Of a stretch of DNA of 64,000 nucleotides, positions 24,901-37,552 are shown one piece after another. Each line of letters begins with the position of its first letter. Position 1 is the stretch's first letter. Under the pieces are notes generated by a model. That model was not told where the DNA came from. It did no database searches and saw only the letters and a list, made by a program, of their open reading frames with translations. This stretch comes from Eledone cirrhosa (taxonomy: Eukaryota): assembly GCA_964016885.1 (NCBI GenBank), contig OZ024740.1, positions 1,612,001-1,676,000 of the forward strand. Reading direction: 5' to 3'. The position numbers and the translations under genes are program-made.

Positions 24901-25422
24901 GCACTTCAGTATACAATCTACCCTTCACTTGGAGAGAGAATACTTTTGTTATCCACCTTGTTCTTACTGTTATTGTGATTTTTTAATCCCCTCCTCCACA
25001 CCTAATTTAGTCGTCTAGGTTATAAAACCTATCAACTACTTTTAAGGAGCCACCTGGGCATATGAAAGAAAACATATTTTTGGAATATTTTTACTGCTAA
25101 TTATTGATAATCTGCTACATATGAAGTTGTTCCCTACCAGCCTATTTGAGACCTGACTGCATCTCTTGTGCACCCATACATGGGCTACACCGTATAACAT
25201 TCATTCCCACCCCTCTACATATAAAGCATAGCTACCTCCCATGTGACAGAGTTCTGTATTATTTCCTATTAACTAAAATATTTGTCTTTGCTTGGTTTAT
25301 TTTATGACTTATTGATTCTAGGTTTTGCTTTCATGTTTGGAATTTCTTCAGTAAGTTAACAGATTCAGCTCTGAGAATTAGGTCATTGGCCTATAGAAAA
25401 TCCTATAGACAATGAGTTTTAA

Positions 25423-25632
25423 CCCTTTAGCATTCACATTATTCTATATATACTATTATATTTTCATGGTAAAGGCTTTACCTCGCATAATTATCTCACA
25501 TAATATTGAATCTATGAGATTTTAAAAGTATTTATTTTGAGAACAATACCTTAACATCAGTATGAGTGGCCGATTACAGCCAGTTTCAACAGAAAGAGGT
25601 AGAGAATTTTGGCCGGTTTGAACATTAAAGGG
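25423..25632. mobile_element. piggyBac-type MITE
   Basis: TTAA-CCCTTTAGCATTCA...TGAACATTAAAGGG-TTAA. A related left end lies at ~40151. Confidence 0.75.
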
Positions 25633-26231
25633 TTAAATATCTCTGTTATGGCCTGAAGGACTATAATAAACAGGAGGAGTTTGAGAACTGGGTGTTGGTG
25701 GATTCCCACCTACACACCAAAGTCCTTGTTGAACTTGCGCACTCTCAACTTACTAATAGCATCTCTGTACATGGCTTTTATTGGTTTTAACAAACAATTT
25801 ATCTACACCTAGCATTCTTAATAACCACCCGATTATAGTGTAGTTCATTGTTAAAGGCCTTCTACAGGTTCATGAATACTAGATATAGTGGTTTGCTCAT
25901 CCAGCAACAGAGTATTCAAGGACACCCACCCAACAACACGAATGATCTCTCTGATAGATTTTCACACAGTTTCTGTGTACCAAATTTCATTCAACAAGCA
26001 TTTAATTGATCCGAAAGCGCCCAATGGTCTGCGCTGTGAGATTGAAACCAAACAATATAGTTGCAATGTGGACTACTGGAACAGGGTCTAGAATATTCTA
26101 TCTCAACTAATATCTAAATATGTTTTGTGAGAAGGAAGAATACTTTGATACTTTCACATATTTCACTATTACTGCTGCTGCTGCTAAGACTACTACTACT
26201 ACTGCTGCTGTTGCTAAGACTACTACTACTG

Positions 26232-27552
26232 CGAGAGATATATATGTGAGATATATATATATGTGAGATATATATATATGTGATATATATATGTGTGAGA
26301 TATATATATGTGTGATATATATATATGTGAGATATATATATATGTGAGATATATATATATGTGAGATATATATATGAGATATATATATATGTGAGATATA
26401 TATATATATGTGAGATATATATATGTGAGATATATATATGTGAGATATATATATATATGAGATATATATATGTGAGATATATAAATGTGAGATAGATATA
26501 TGTGATATATATATATGTGAGATATATATATGTGATATATATATATGTGAGATATATATATATGTGAGATATATATATGTGAGATATATATATATGTGAG
26601 ATATATATATGTGAGATATATATATGTGAGATATATATATGTGATATATATATATGTGATATATATGTGATATATATATATGTGATATATATGTGATATA
26701 TATATATGTGATATATATGTGATATATATATGTGATATATATATATGTGATATATATATATGTGATATATATATATGTGAGATATATATGTGAGATATAT
26801 ATGTGAGATATATATATGTGAGATATATATATATGTGATATATATATGTGATATATATATATGTGATATATATATATGTGATATATATATATGTGAGATA
26901 TATATGTGAGATATATATGTGAGATATATATATGTGAGATATATATATATGTGATATATATATATGTGATATATATATATGTGAGATATATATGTGAGAT
27001 ATATATATATGAGATATATATATATGTGAGATATATATATGTGAGATATATATATATGTGATATATATATATGTGACATATATATATGTGAGATATATAT
27101 GTGATATATATATATATGTGATATATATATATATGTGATATATATATGTGATATATATATATGTGAGATATATATGTGAGATATATATATATGTGAGATA
27201 TATATATATATGTGATATATATATATGTGATATATATATATGTGAGATATATATGTGAGATATATATATGTGATATATATATATGTGATATATATATATG
27301 TGACATATATATATGTGAGATATATATATATGTGACATATATATATATGTGATATATATATATGTGACATATATATATGTGAGATATATATATGTGAGAT
27401 ATATATATGTGAGATATATATATGTGAGATATATATATGTGAGATATATATATGTGAGATATATATATGTGAGATATATATATGTGAGATATATATATGT
27501 GAGATATATATATGTGAGATATATATATGTGAGATATATATATATATATATG
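26232..27552. repeat. (TA)n array punctuated by TGTGA/GA
   Basis: Direct inspection. Explains the SHIYI ORFs. Confidence 0.97.
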
Positions 27553-27596
27553 TTAATTCAAAATATTAACAAAATAGATATTCTTGTGATCAAGTA

Positions 27597-27663
27597 TATT
27601 TTATTATACATATTTCAGAGGTACTGAGCTAACTTCAACAGTACGTCCTCATCAGATAAAATA
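27597..27663 (-). ncRNA. Type I hammerhead ribozyme
   Basis: Minus strand reads TATTTTAT-CTGATGA-GGAcGTACTG...CAGTACcTCT-GAAA-T atgt A-TA-ATAAAATA. 8-bp stem I, intact core, AUA triplet. Confidence 0.8.
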
Positions 27664-28021
27664 AGATGATGCATGACATACCGTGACATAGTAGAGGTTT
27701 AAGATTCAGTCATGGTAGTGAGTAAGATATGACAAGACTCAATATTTATATACCTTAATATTGAGACATGAGAAAAATATATAAAACATACAATAGAGAG
27801 GGTGCGTGTGAGACAAGAATCTATTGTAAAACTCATTCTTTGATTTATTCATTGAACCTTGTTTAACTTTTAAATATATTTATATATATATATATATATA
27901 GGAGGTGTGTTTTATTGTAGCACAATAAAGCAATGCAAATATCAGATAAGTAGCACTCTACAGTTTATAGGATTGGAGTATAAATAATATAAGATCAAAA
28001 GATGGTTAAAAGAGTTCCAAG

Positions 28022-28092
28022 TATTTTATTATGCGCATTTCAAAAACAAATATCATCATGGGATGATATCTGCGTTCTCATCAGATAAAATA
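28022..28092 (-). ncRNA. Type I hammerhead ribozyme
   Basis: Minus strand reads TATTTTAT-CTGATGA-GAACGCAGATATCATC ccat GATGATATTTGTTTTT-GAAA-T gcgc A-TA-ATAAAATA. 8-bp stem I, long stem II, palindromic ATGCGCAT stem III. Confidence 0.85.
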
Positions 28093-28544
28093 GGGATACA
28101 TGATATGAAGCTTAAAAAACACTTGTGAATAGTGAAGTTTTAAATCAACATATGAAAAATAAATTAAGATTGATGTGTGATATTGGGATAAAAGTGAGGG
28201 GGGGGGGGGGGTTAGAAAAGGTGAGGAAGAAATAAGAGTAAAGGATGGTGGGGGAGGAGTATAAGAAGGAAGGATGAGAGAGGAGGAGAGATGGGTGATA
28301 GAGAGAGAGAGATAGCCTTTACAACTGAGAAAAAAAAAATATTGTCTCACAGAGAGAAATTAAAAAGCCGTTGGAAGATAATAGATAATTTAAAAGAATT
28401 TGAAATTAAAAGTTAATCTGGTTTATGCATGAAGAAAAAGGAATTAAGAATAATATTAAATTAAGGTTTGTATATTGAAGGGTTTAATAATATGTGCAAG
28501 GATATATATATTATATATATGATATAATGCCCCCCCCCCTCTAT

Positions 28545-28790
28545 CACAAATGACTATCGGTTTTGCACCTAGAAAGTTTCTCTCCTAGGCAAGGTTTGTG
28601 GAAGGCTGGCAGTCTCCACCCATGTTGTCCAAGGGAATGGCACTGGTAGATACAGCTTGGCCCCACGTCACAACTCATCTCTACAGCTGAGTAAACTGGA
28701 ACAACGTGAAAACACATCACCCGGTTCAACAATCGAACTCACAACCTCTCAATTGCAAGTCCAATGCTCTTACCACCATGCCATGCACCT
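28545..28790 (-). mobile_element. tRNA-derived SINE
   Basis: Minus strand TGGCATGGTGGTAAGAGC...GAGTTCGATT...TTCACGTTGTTCCAG. Confidence 0.7.
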
Positions 28791-28999
28791 TCCTTCACTT
28801 CCACCAAGCGTGAAACTAATGTAACTGTGTACAATTGACTCCTGTGTTTTGTTAGTTTATTTTCAACTATATATATATATATATATATGAACACACCACC
28901 TATTTCTATACATATAGAGACCTGCATGTTGCTGTGTATAGCCACATGTACCTGTTCACAGATCTCTATATATAGACCACACACAGCCCGTTAACTGTG

Positions 29000-30560
29000 T
29001 CATGCACATATACATACACAGATGTACACACACACATACACACACATACACATACATACACATACACACATATACATACACATACACACATACATACACA
29101 CATACATACACATACATACACATACACACACATACATACACACACATATACATACACACACACATACATACACAGATGTACACACACACATACACATACA
29201 TACACATACACACATATACATACACACACATACACATATACATACACATACACACATACATACACACATACATACACATACATACACATACACACACATA
29301 CATACACACACATACATACACACACACATACACACACATACACATACATACACATACATACACATATACATACACACACATATACATACACACATACACA
29401 TACACACACATACACATACACATACACATACATACACATACACACATATACATACATACACATACACACATACATACACATACATACACATACACATATA
29501 CATACACACACATACACATACACACATACATACACATACACATACATACACATACACACATATACTTACACATACACATACACACATATACATACACATA
29601 CACACACACACATACACACATACATACACACACATATACATACACACACATACATACATACACATACACATACACACATACACACACACATACATACACA
29701 CACATACATACACACACATACACATACACACATACACACACATACACATACACACACATACACACACATATACATACATACATACATACACACACATACA
29801 CACATACAAATGCAACTGCACACACACATTGACATATCTACACACACAACTACACACACACATTGACATATCTACACACACAACTACACACACACATTGA
29901 CATATCTGCACACACACATTGATATATCTACACACACAACTACACACACACATTGACATATCCACACACACAACTACACACACACATTGACATATCTGCA
30001 CACACACAACTGCACACACGCATTGACATATCTACACACACACATTGACATATCTACACACACACATTGACATATCTACACACACAACTGCACACACACA
30101 TTGACATATCTACACACACAACTGCACACACACATTGACATATCTACACACACACATTGACATATCTACACACACAACTACACACACACATTGACATATC
30201 TATACACACAACTACACACACACATTGACATATCTACACACACAACTACACACACACACATTGACATATCTACACACACAACTACACACACACATTGACA
30301 TATCTACACACACAACTACACACACACATTGACATATCTACACACACACATTGACATAACTACACACACACATTGACATATCTACACACACACATTGACA
30401 TATCTACACACACAACTACACACACACATTGATATATCTACACACACACATTGACATATCTACACACACACATTGACATATCTACACACACACATTGACA
30501 TATCTACACACACACATTGACATATCTACACACACACATTGACATATCCACACACACAGT
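29000..30560. repeat. (CA/TA)n microsatellite grading into a CACATTGACATATCTACACA minisatellite
   Basis: Direct inspection. Confidence 0.95.
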
Positions 30561-30654
30561 GGCCATTATGTCCAGTCAACCAGTCAGAATTGACTCACCA
30601 CTACATTCTTCATTCTGTAGTAAGACTCTGTATAAAAATGATGTCACCACAGCT

Positions 30655-31683
30655 GTCTACCTCTGTTATGTTTACCTCTGTTATGCCTACCTCTGTTATG
30701 TCTACCTCTGTTATGCCTACCTCTGTTATGTCTACCTCTGTTATGTTTACCTCTGTTATGTCTACCTCTGTTATGTTTACCTCTGTTATGCCTACCTCTG
30801 TTATGTCTACCTCTGTTATGTTTACCTCTGTTATGCCTACCTCTGTTATGCCTACCTCTGTTATGCCTACCTCTGTTATGCCTACCTCTGTTATGCCTAC
30901 CTCTGTTATGCCTACCTCTGTTATGCCTACCTCTGTTATGCCTACCTCTGTTATGCCTACCTCTGTTATGTCTACCTCTGTTATGTCTACCTCTGTTATG
31001 TTTACCTCTGTTATGCCTACCTCTGTTATGTCTACCTCTGTTATGTCTACCTCTGTTATGTCTACCTCTGTTATGCCTACCTCTGTTATGTCTACCTCTG
31101 TTATGTCTACCTCTGTTATGTTTACCTCTGTTATGCCTACCTCTGTTATGTCTACCTCTGTTATGTCTACCTCTGTTATGCCTACCTCTGTTATGCCTAC
31201 CTCTGTTATGTCTACCTCTGTTATGTCTACCTCTGTTATGCCTACCTCTGTTATGCCTACCTCTGTTATGCCTACCTCTGTTATGCCTACCTCTGTTATG
31301 CCTACCTCTGTTATGCCTACCTCTGTTATGCCTACCTCTGTTATGCCTACCTCTGTTATGCCTACCTCTGTTATGCCTACCTCTGTTATGCCTACCTCTG
31401 TTATGCCTACCTCTGTTATGCCTACCTCTGTTATGCCTACCTCTGTTATGCCTACCTCTGTTATGCCTACCTCTGTTATGCCTACCTCTGTTATGCCTAC
31501 CTCTGTTATGCCTACCTCTGTTATGCCTACCTCTGTTATGCCTACCTCTGTTATGTTTACCTCTGTTATGCCTACCTCTGTTATGCCTACCTCTGTTATG
31601 CCTACCTCTGTTATGCCTACCTCTGTTATGTTTACCTCTGTTATGCCTACCTCTGTTATGCTTACCTCTGTTATGTCTACCTC
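30655..31683. repeat. 15-bp minisatellite (TACCTCTGTTATGYY), ~68 copies
   Basis: Explains the YLCYA and MPTSV ORFs. Confidence 0.97.
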
Positions 31684-32797
31684 AGCTGTCTACCACAGTT
31701 GTCTACCACAGTTGTCTACCTCAGCTCTCTACCCATATCGGACTACCTCTATCTCTCTACCCCAGTTGTCTGACTACCACCCACCCTCTGCTGTTACACT
31801 TGTTTCGCTACAAGCTGTTCCCACACTAGACTGTCAACATATCTTTCCTGGGTATGTAACTAAACCTGAAGGACAGTTTGTCTCATTAGACAGCTGGCAA
31901 AATCTACCCTGGGTAGATGACCTGCCTACTGCCATAGTGTGGTCACCTTATCCTACCCTGGGTAGATGACCAGTCTACTGTAGGTCTAGAGTCACCTACT
32001 CCAACTCTGGGTAGATGACCATCCTAATACAGTAGTGTTTCTACCCTGGGGTAACCACGCTATTGTAATGTGGCCATATAAGAGGGTAGATTATCACTAC
32101 AAACTCCAGTAATTACTAGAATGTTTTCATCCAATGTGTTTACTTGTAATTTCATATTGAGGTCAATGACTTCCATGTCTAGACCCAGGGTAGTTTGAGT
32201 CGTACAAACTAGCCTCCTTATGTATGGTGTATGTAGGTGTTGGTATATGTAGGCTGTCAGCTGATCTATGTTACATAACTTGATATATACACACATACAT
32301 GCATGGAAACACATGTATGTAAAGTGATATATACATATATGTATATATATGTATATATTATTTTACAATTGTGTTTCCATGCTGGCATGACACACACACT
32401 TATATATATTTATATATAAGTATATATACTTATATATATATGTATATAAGTATATATATGTATATAAGTATATATACTTATATATAAGTATATATATATA
32501 TATATGCGTGTGTGTGTTTAATATGTATGTATATATGCACACACATATCACTGTTTTACATATATTTCCCATTGTCACATGATTTATATGTACTGTAAGA
32601 GAGGTGAGATAGTTTGGATGACTGTCTCATGTTTTAGCTTCGTTTCTATGTCTGGATACTTCTCCTAAGGCCAACTACTTCACACTACATACTAGGTGCA
32701 TTTTTTATGGCACTGCATATGTATATATATATCATCATCATCGTTTTTATGTCCCCTTTTCCATGCTTGGATGGGTTGGACCATTATACATATATAT

Positions 32798-32960
32798 CAA
32801 TAGGGTACTCGATACTTGGGATAGTAGAGTAGAACTGTATTAGAAAGAGTCAGGGCCCAATGGCTGAGCTCTTGCCATTTCAACAGTCAGTTCCAGACTG
32901 GAACTGACTGTTGAAACAGCAACAGCTCAGCGATCAGGCCCCGACTCTTTCTAATATATA
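32798..32960 (+). mobile_element. (TA)n-flanked short foldback element
   Basis: GGTACTCGATACTTGGGATAGTAGAGTAG followed by a ~120-nt hairpin (TATTAGAAAGAGTC...GACTCTTTCTAATA). Confidence 0.7.
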
Positions 32961-33860
32961 TCATCATCATCACTTTACGTCCGCTTTTCCCTGCTTGCAA
33001 GGGTTGGACGGGTCCTATTCAGCACAGCATCTCTCCACTTGTCACGGTCCTTCGTCATCTCCTCCGTGAGTTTCAGCGATCTGAGGTCTGCTCTCACCAC
33101 CTCCGCCCATGTTTTTTGTAGTCTACCTCGACTGCGTCTTCCTTCTACTGGGATTTCTTGGCACTTCTTTACCCAGCAGTCATCCTCCATGCGCATCACA
33201 TGTCCATACCATCTCAGCCTTCTCTCCTGCACACCACAACTTATCCCTCTTATACACAGTTTCTTTCTCAACTCAACTATGCTCGGTCGTTCATGCACAT
33301 TGACATTGCACATCCAACGGACCATACTTGCTTCATTTCTCTCCAGCCATCCCATATCTTCTACAGTTGCTGCCCATGTCTCACTACCATGCAGCATTTC
33401 GCATCTCACATAACCGTCCTTTCGTATGCAGGGAGAAACCCTTCTTAGTCAGCAGAGGAAGCAGCTCCCTAAACTTCTTCCAACCCGTCCTTATTCTAGA
33501 TAATATGACCTCGGAACACCCCCCCCTCCCATGCTAATCTGATCACCTAGGTACCGGAAGCTATCAACCACTTTTATAGAACCCACCTGCATTGGAAAAA
33601 TGTATCTATCATTGCGATTACATAGTTTTCCCTACCTGTTAGTTTGCCTGCTATCCCACTACATCTCCTGTGTAGCCAGGATCTGCATTGCATACATTTT
33701 ATGGAATTTATACCAGTTCCTTTCCTACATATCGAACATGGCCATTTCCCCAATGGAATCAGAGTATTGTCCTCTCTTCTACTTATCAACACTTTTGTTT
33801 TAGCTATGTTCACTCTCAGGACTCTTGACTGGCTTTGAGGAACAATCAACTGCAAGTCTG
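32960..33860 (-). mobile_element. RTE-clade LINE 3' portion with a Cys/His finger insertion and (GAT)n tail
   Basis: LRVNIAKTKVL, PCSICRKG..NSIKC..C..WLHRRCSG, LHGSETW, RRLRWYGHVMRM and GR..KTW motifs. Tail TGATGATGATGA. Confidence 0.9.
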
Positions 33861-33870
33861 TTGAAAATAT

Positions 33871-33921
<51 letters not shown>

Positions 33922-34054
33922 GTGTGTGTGTTAGGTAAGTGTGTAACTACAGTTATAGATGGCTTCCCGTTCTAAGCACTCAATGCTGTTACAATGTCCA
34001 ATTTGTCTTGGGTTGTGTTCCAGAGTTAAGGCAGCTGTATGCACATATAAACTC

Positions 34055-34144
34055 GCATATCTGATGAGAATTCGAGGAAGAGTCTGGCCGCGGTCATTAT
34101 GATTGTACCCTGAGTGGATTGATATTGAAACAATTGTAATATGT
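34055..34144 (+). ncRNA. Type I hammerhead ribozyme with an extended stem II region
   Basis: GCATAT-CTGATGA-[59 nt, weakly paired]-GAAA-C aatt G-TA-ATATGT. Intact core, GUA triplet, and the same CAATTG stem III as 4939. Confidence 0.65.
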
Positions 34145-34219
34145 CAAACTTTATATGCTTCAACAAGGACTTTGATCCTACTTACTTTTATTTATATGTA
34201 TATGACTATTTACACACAC

Positions 34220-34430
34220 ACTTCGTTTTTATGTCCATTCTTCCATACTTGCATGGGTTTCACAGGTCCTCCTCAGCACAGGATCTCTCCACTTCCATTC
34301 CTTCATCTCCTCTACCAGCCTTAGCAATTTGAATTTTGTTCTCACAAACTCTGCTCAGGTCTTTCTTGGTCGTCCTCTACTACATCTACCTTCCACAGGG
34401 ATTTCCTGGCATTTCTTCACCCATCATTCA
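34220..34430 (-). mobile_element. RTE 3' fragment
   Basis: Homologous to 32975-33180. Confidence 0.7.
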
Positions 34431-34449
34431 TTGTATACATATATATATC

Positions 34450-34610
34450 ATTGTCTTCATTACATGCTTATTAAGGCTAAATAGTGAGTATTATTACTGT
34501 GGAGTTTTGCCTGTTTATCAAAGGGTCATCAGGTGAAACTCCAGAGTAACAAGACTTAGTCTTAATAAAATAAATATCTAAACTCTACTTTGGTATTGAG
34601 TACTCTTTTC
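34450..34610 (-). mobile_element. Short foldback element with GAGTACTCAATAC...GTAGAGT motif
   Basis: Same architecture as 2328-2506 and 32798-32960. Confidence 0.55.
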
Positions 34611-34644
34611 TTTGTCATCAACCACATACATATGTCTCTCTCCA

Positions 34645-34717
<73 letters not shown>

Positions 34718-34781
34718 TTATCTAAAGATATTTTTTTCCAATTCCATCCCGTCCCCTCAGTCTATCTTATTTCTTATTCTT

Positions 34782-34817
34782 TCTTCTGATGAAGGACTAG
34801 CGTCCAAAACGTTAAGA
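34782..34817 (+). ncRNA. Minimal hammerhead (Penelope pLTR type) with G12>A
   Basis: TCTT-CTGATGA-a GGAC tagc GTCC-AAAA-C GTT-AAGA. A CpG-type G>A change from CCGAAAC would explain the core defect. AACGTT is palindromic. Confidence 0.6.
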
Positions 34818-35417
34818 CCCTCTTCCTGTTAAGCTAATATATCCCTTCCATATACTGTACCGATTGTGCTGTTATTTCTGTTTACCTTTTACATACATAT
34901 ATATATATATATATACATACAAAGAGAGATGTATAGATATATAGATACATGTGTGTGTATATATATGCTTACATACATGTGTGTGTATATATATGCTTAC
35001 ATACATGTGTGTATATATATATGCTTACATACATGTGTGTGTATATATATGCTTACATACATGTGTGTGTATATATATGCTTACATACATGTGTGTGTAT
35101 ATATATGCTTACATACATGTGTGTGTGTATGTGTCTTCTATTTCAACCATGCTAAGGGAATGTTTCAAATGTTTCAACCTCTGTAGTTATTTCTTTTAAA
35201 GTCTGTTACTAATTTTATCAATCTCTATTTGTCAAACTGATAAGTCACAAGACATATAAACAAACAGCACCAGTTTTCAAGCACTGTCAACATCAGCTCA
35301 CACATGGATCAACCCCACACACATACATATACATATTTAGTTCTTCTCCCCTCTCTCTCACTCCATTTTCTCTCACTTCTCCCCTCCCACCTTGTATATT
35401 TTCTCTACCTCACTTTT

Positions 35418-36077
35418 CTAAATGAACTAAGTGAGAAATTAGGAATAAGAGGGATCAGATGTTGTTTACTCGAGAGAAGGCTACGTTGGTATGGTCACGT
35501 GATGCGCATGAAAGACGACAGCTGAATAAAAAAGTGCAGGGCAATCAAAATAGACGGTAGCCACGGAGTAGGCAGACCCAGAAAAACCTGGGATGACCTG
35601 ATAAATTCTGACCTTACACACTTACACCTCTCCAAGACAACATCACTGGACCGAGACCTTTGGCACTACACAGTAATACAGAAGACCCGCCTTGCCTAAG
35701 TACAAAGTGAAACCTACAGTCAGTAGGCACCTCTAACAAAAATACTCCCCCGTCCCACTACCCCACCCTATTCACACCACCCCCTAAATGTGAAGTTATG
35801 TTGGTACCACAACATCCAGTCCTAAATAAATGAGGTCGTGTAGGTGTCACGACAAAAAAACACACAGTCCACGCTGTAATGTGGTCGTGTAGGTAACACG
35901 GTAAAAACCTCCCAGTACACACTGTAAACGTGGTTGGTGTTAGGAAGGGCACCCAGCTGTAGAAAACCCGCCAGACAGTCCTCAGCAAGACAACCACTCT
36001 TGCCTCAAGTGGGACAATTCCCGTCCAAACCCATGCTAGCGTGGAAGATGGACGTTAAACGATGATGATGATGATGA
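35418..36077 (+). mobile_element. RTE LINE 3' end with long 3' region and (GAT)n tail
   Basis: EKLGIRGI...RRLRWYGHVMRM..., GRPRKTW. Segment 35712-36077 is near-identical to 61990-62362. Confidence 0.85.
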
Positions 36078-36099
36078 AGTGACTTTGTTGTTGTTGTAT

Positions 36100-36680
36100 C
36101 CCTCTTTCTCCCCCCCCCCCCCCACACTATCACTCTGTTGTAGATCATGTTGATGATGATGTATTCCTCTTTCTCTGCCCCCTTCCTCTCCCCCTCCCCC
36201 ACACTATCACTCTGTTGTAGATCATGTTGATGATGATGTATTCCTCTTTCTCTGCCCCCTTCCTCTCCCCCTCCCCCACACTATCACTCTGTTGTAGATC
36301 ATGTTGATGATGATGTATTCCTCTTTCTCTGCCCCCTTCCTCTCCCCCTCCCCCACACTATCACTCTGTTGTAGATCATGTTGATGATGATGTATTCCTC
36401 TTTCTCTGCCCCCTTCCTCTCCCCCTCCCCCACACTATCACTCTGTTGTAGATCATGTTGATGATGATGTATTCCTCTTTCTCTGCCCCCTTCCTCTCCC
36501 CTCCCCCACACTATCACTCTGTTGTAGATCATGTTGATGATGATGTATTCCTCTTTCTCTGCCCCCTTCCTCTCCCCTCCCCCACACTATCACTCTATTG
36601 TAGATCATGTTGATGATGATGTATTCCTCTTTCTCTGCCCCCTTCCTCTCCCCCTCCCCCACACTATCACTCTATTGTAG
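36100..36680. repeat. 77-bp minisatellite, ~7 copies
   Basis: Unit contains ACACTATCACTCTGTTGTAGATCATGTTGATGATGATGTATTCCTC. Confidence 0.93.
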
Positions 36681-36736
36681 AACTTCTCTTGTTATGATAC
36701 ATTTTCGCTTACCTCCTACGCCTCCCACATTCTCTC

Positions 36737-37405
36737 CACCACCACCACTACCGTCACCACCACCACCACCACTATCATCACCACCACCACCACCACCACT
36801 ATCACCAATATCACCACCACCACCACTATCAGCACCACCACCACCACCACCACTATCACCAATATCACCACCACCACCACTATCAGCACCACCACCACCA
36901 CCACCACTATCACCAATATCACCACCACCACCACTATCACCAATATCACCACCACCACCACTATCAGCACCACCACCACTACCATCACCAATATCACCAC
37001 TACCATAACCACCACCACTAACCCCCCACATTACCACCCCCACTACCACCACTAACCCCCCACATTACCACCCCCACTACCACCACTATCACCACCACTA
37101 CCACCACCACCACTACCACCACAACTACCACCACCACCACCACCACCACCACCACTACCACTACCACCACCACCACTACCACCACAACTACCACCACCAC
37201 CACCACCACCACCACCACCACCACCACCACCACTACCACCACCACCACCACTACCACAACTACCACCACCACCACCACCACCACCACCACCACTACCACC
37301 ACCACCACCACTACCACAACTACCACCACCACCACCACCACCACCACCACAACTACCACCACCACCACCACCACCACCACCACTACCACCACCACCACCA
37401 CCACT
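36737..37405. repeat. (CCA)n-based array
   Basis: Explains the poly-P, poly-G and poly-V ORFs. Confidence 0.95.
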
Positions 37406-37429
37406 ACACTCTTTGTCTCATTATTTACA

Positions 37430-37552
37430 GTGTCTGAGTTCAAATCCCTCCGAAGTTGACTTTGCCTTTCATCCTTACGTGGTCGATAAAATAAAGTACC
37501 AGTAATACACTGGGTAATTGCTGGCCTTGTGCCTAAAGTAGAAACAATTATA
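37430..37552 (+). mobile_element. 5'-truncated SINE family A copy
   Basis: B-box, core and tail are present. Confidence 0.85.

Noticed and set aside
34500-34535. Minus-strand CTGATGA at 34527-34533
   Set aside because: It lies in a simple long hairpin and lacks a correctly placed GAAA and stem III.
10354-37443. His-, Val-, Pro-, Cys/Tyr- and Ile/Tyr-rich ORFs
   Set aside because: These are translations of micro- and minisatellites.
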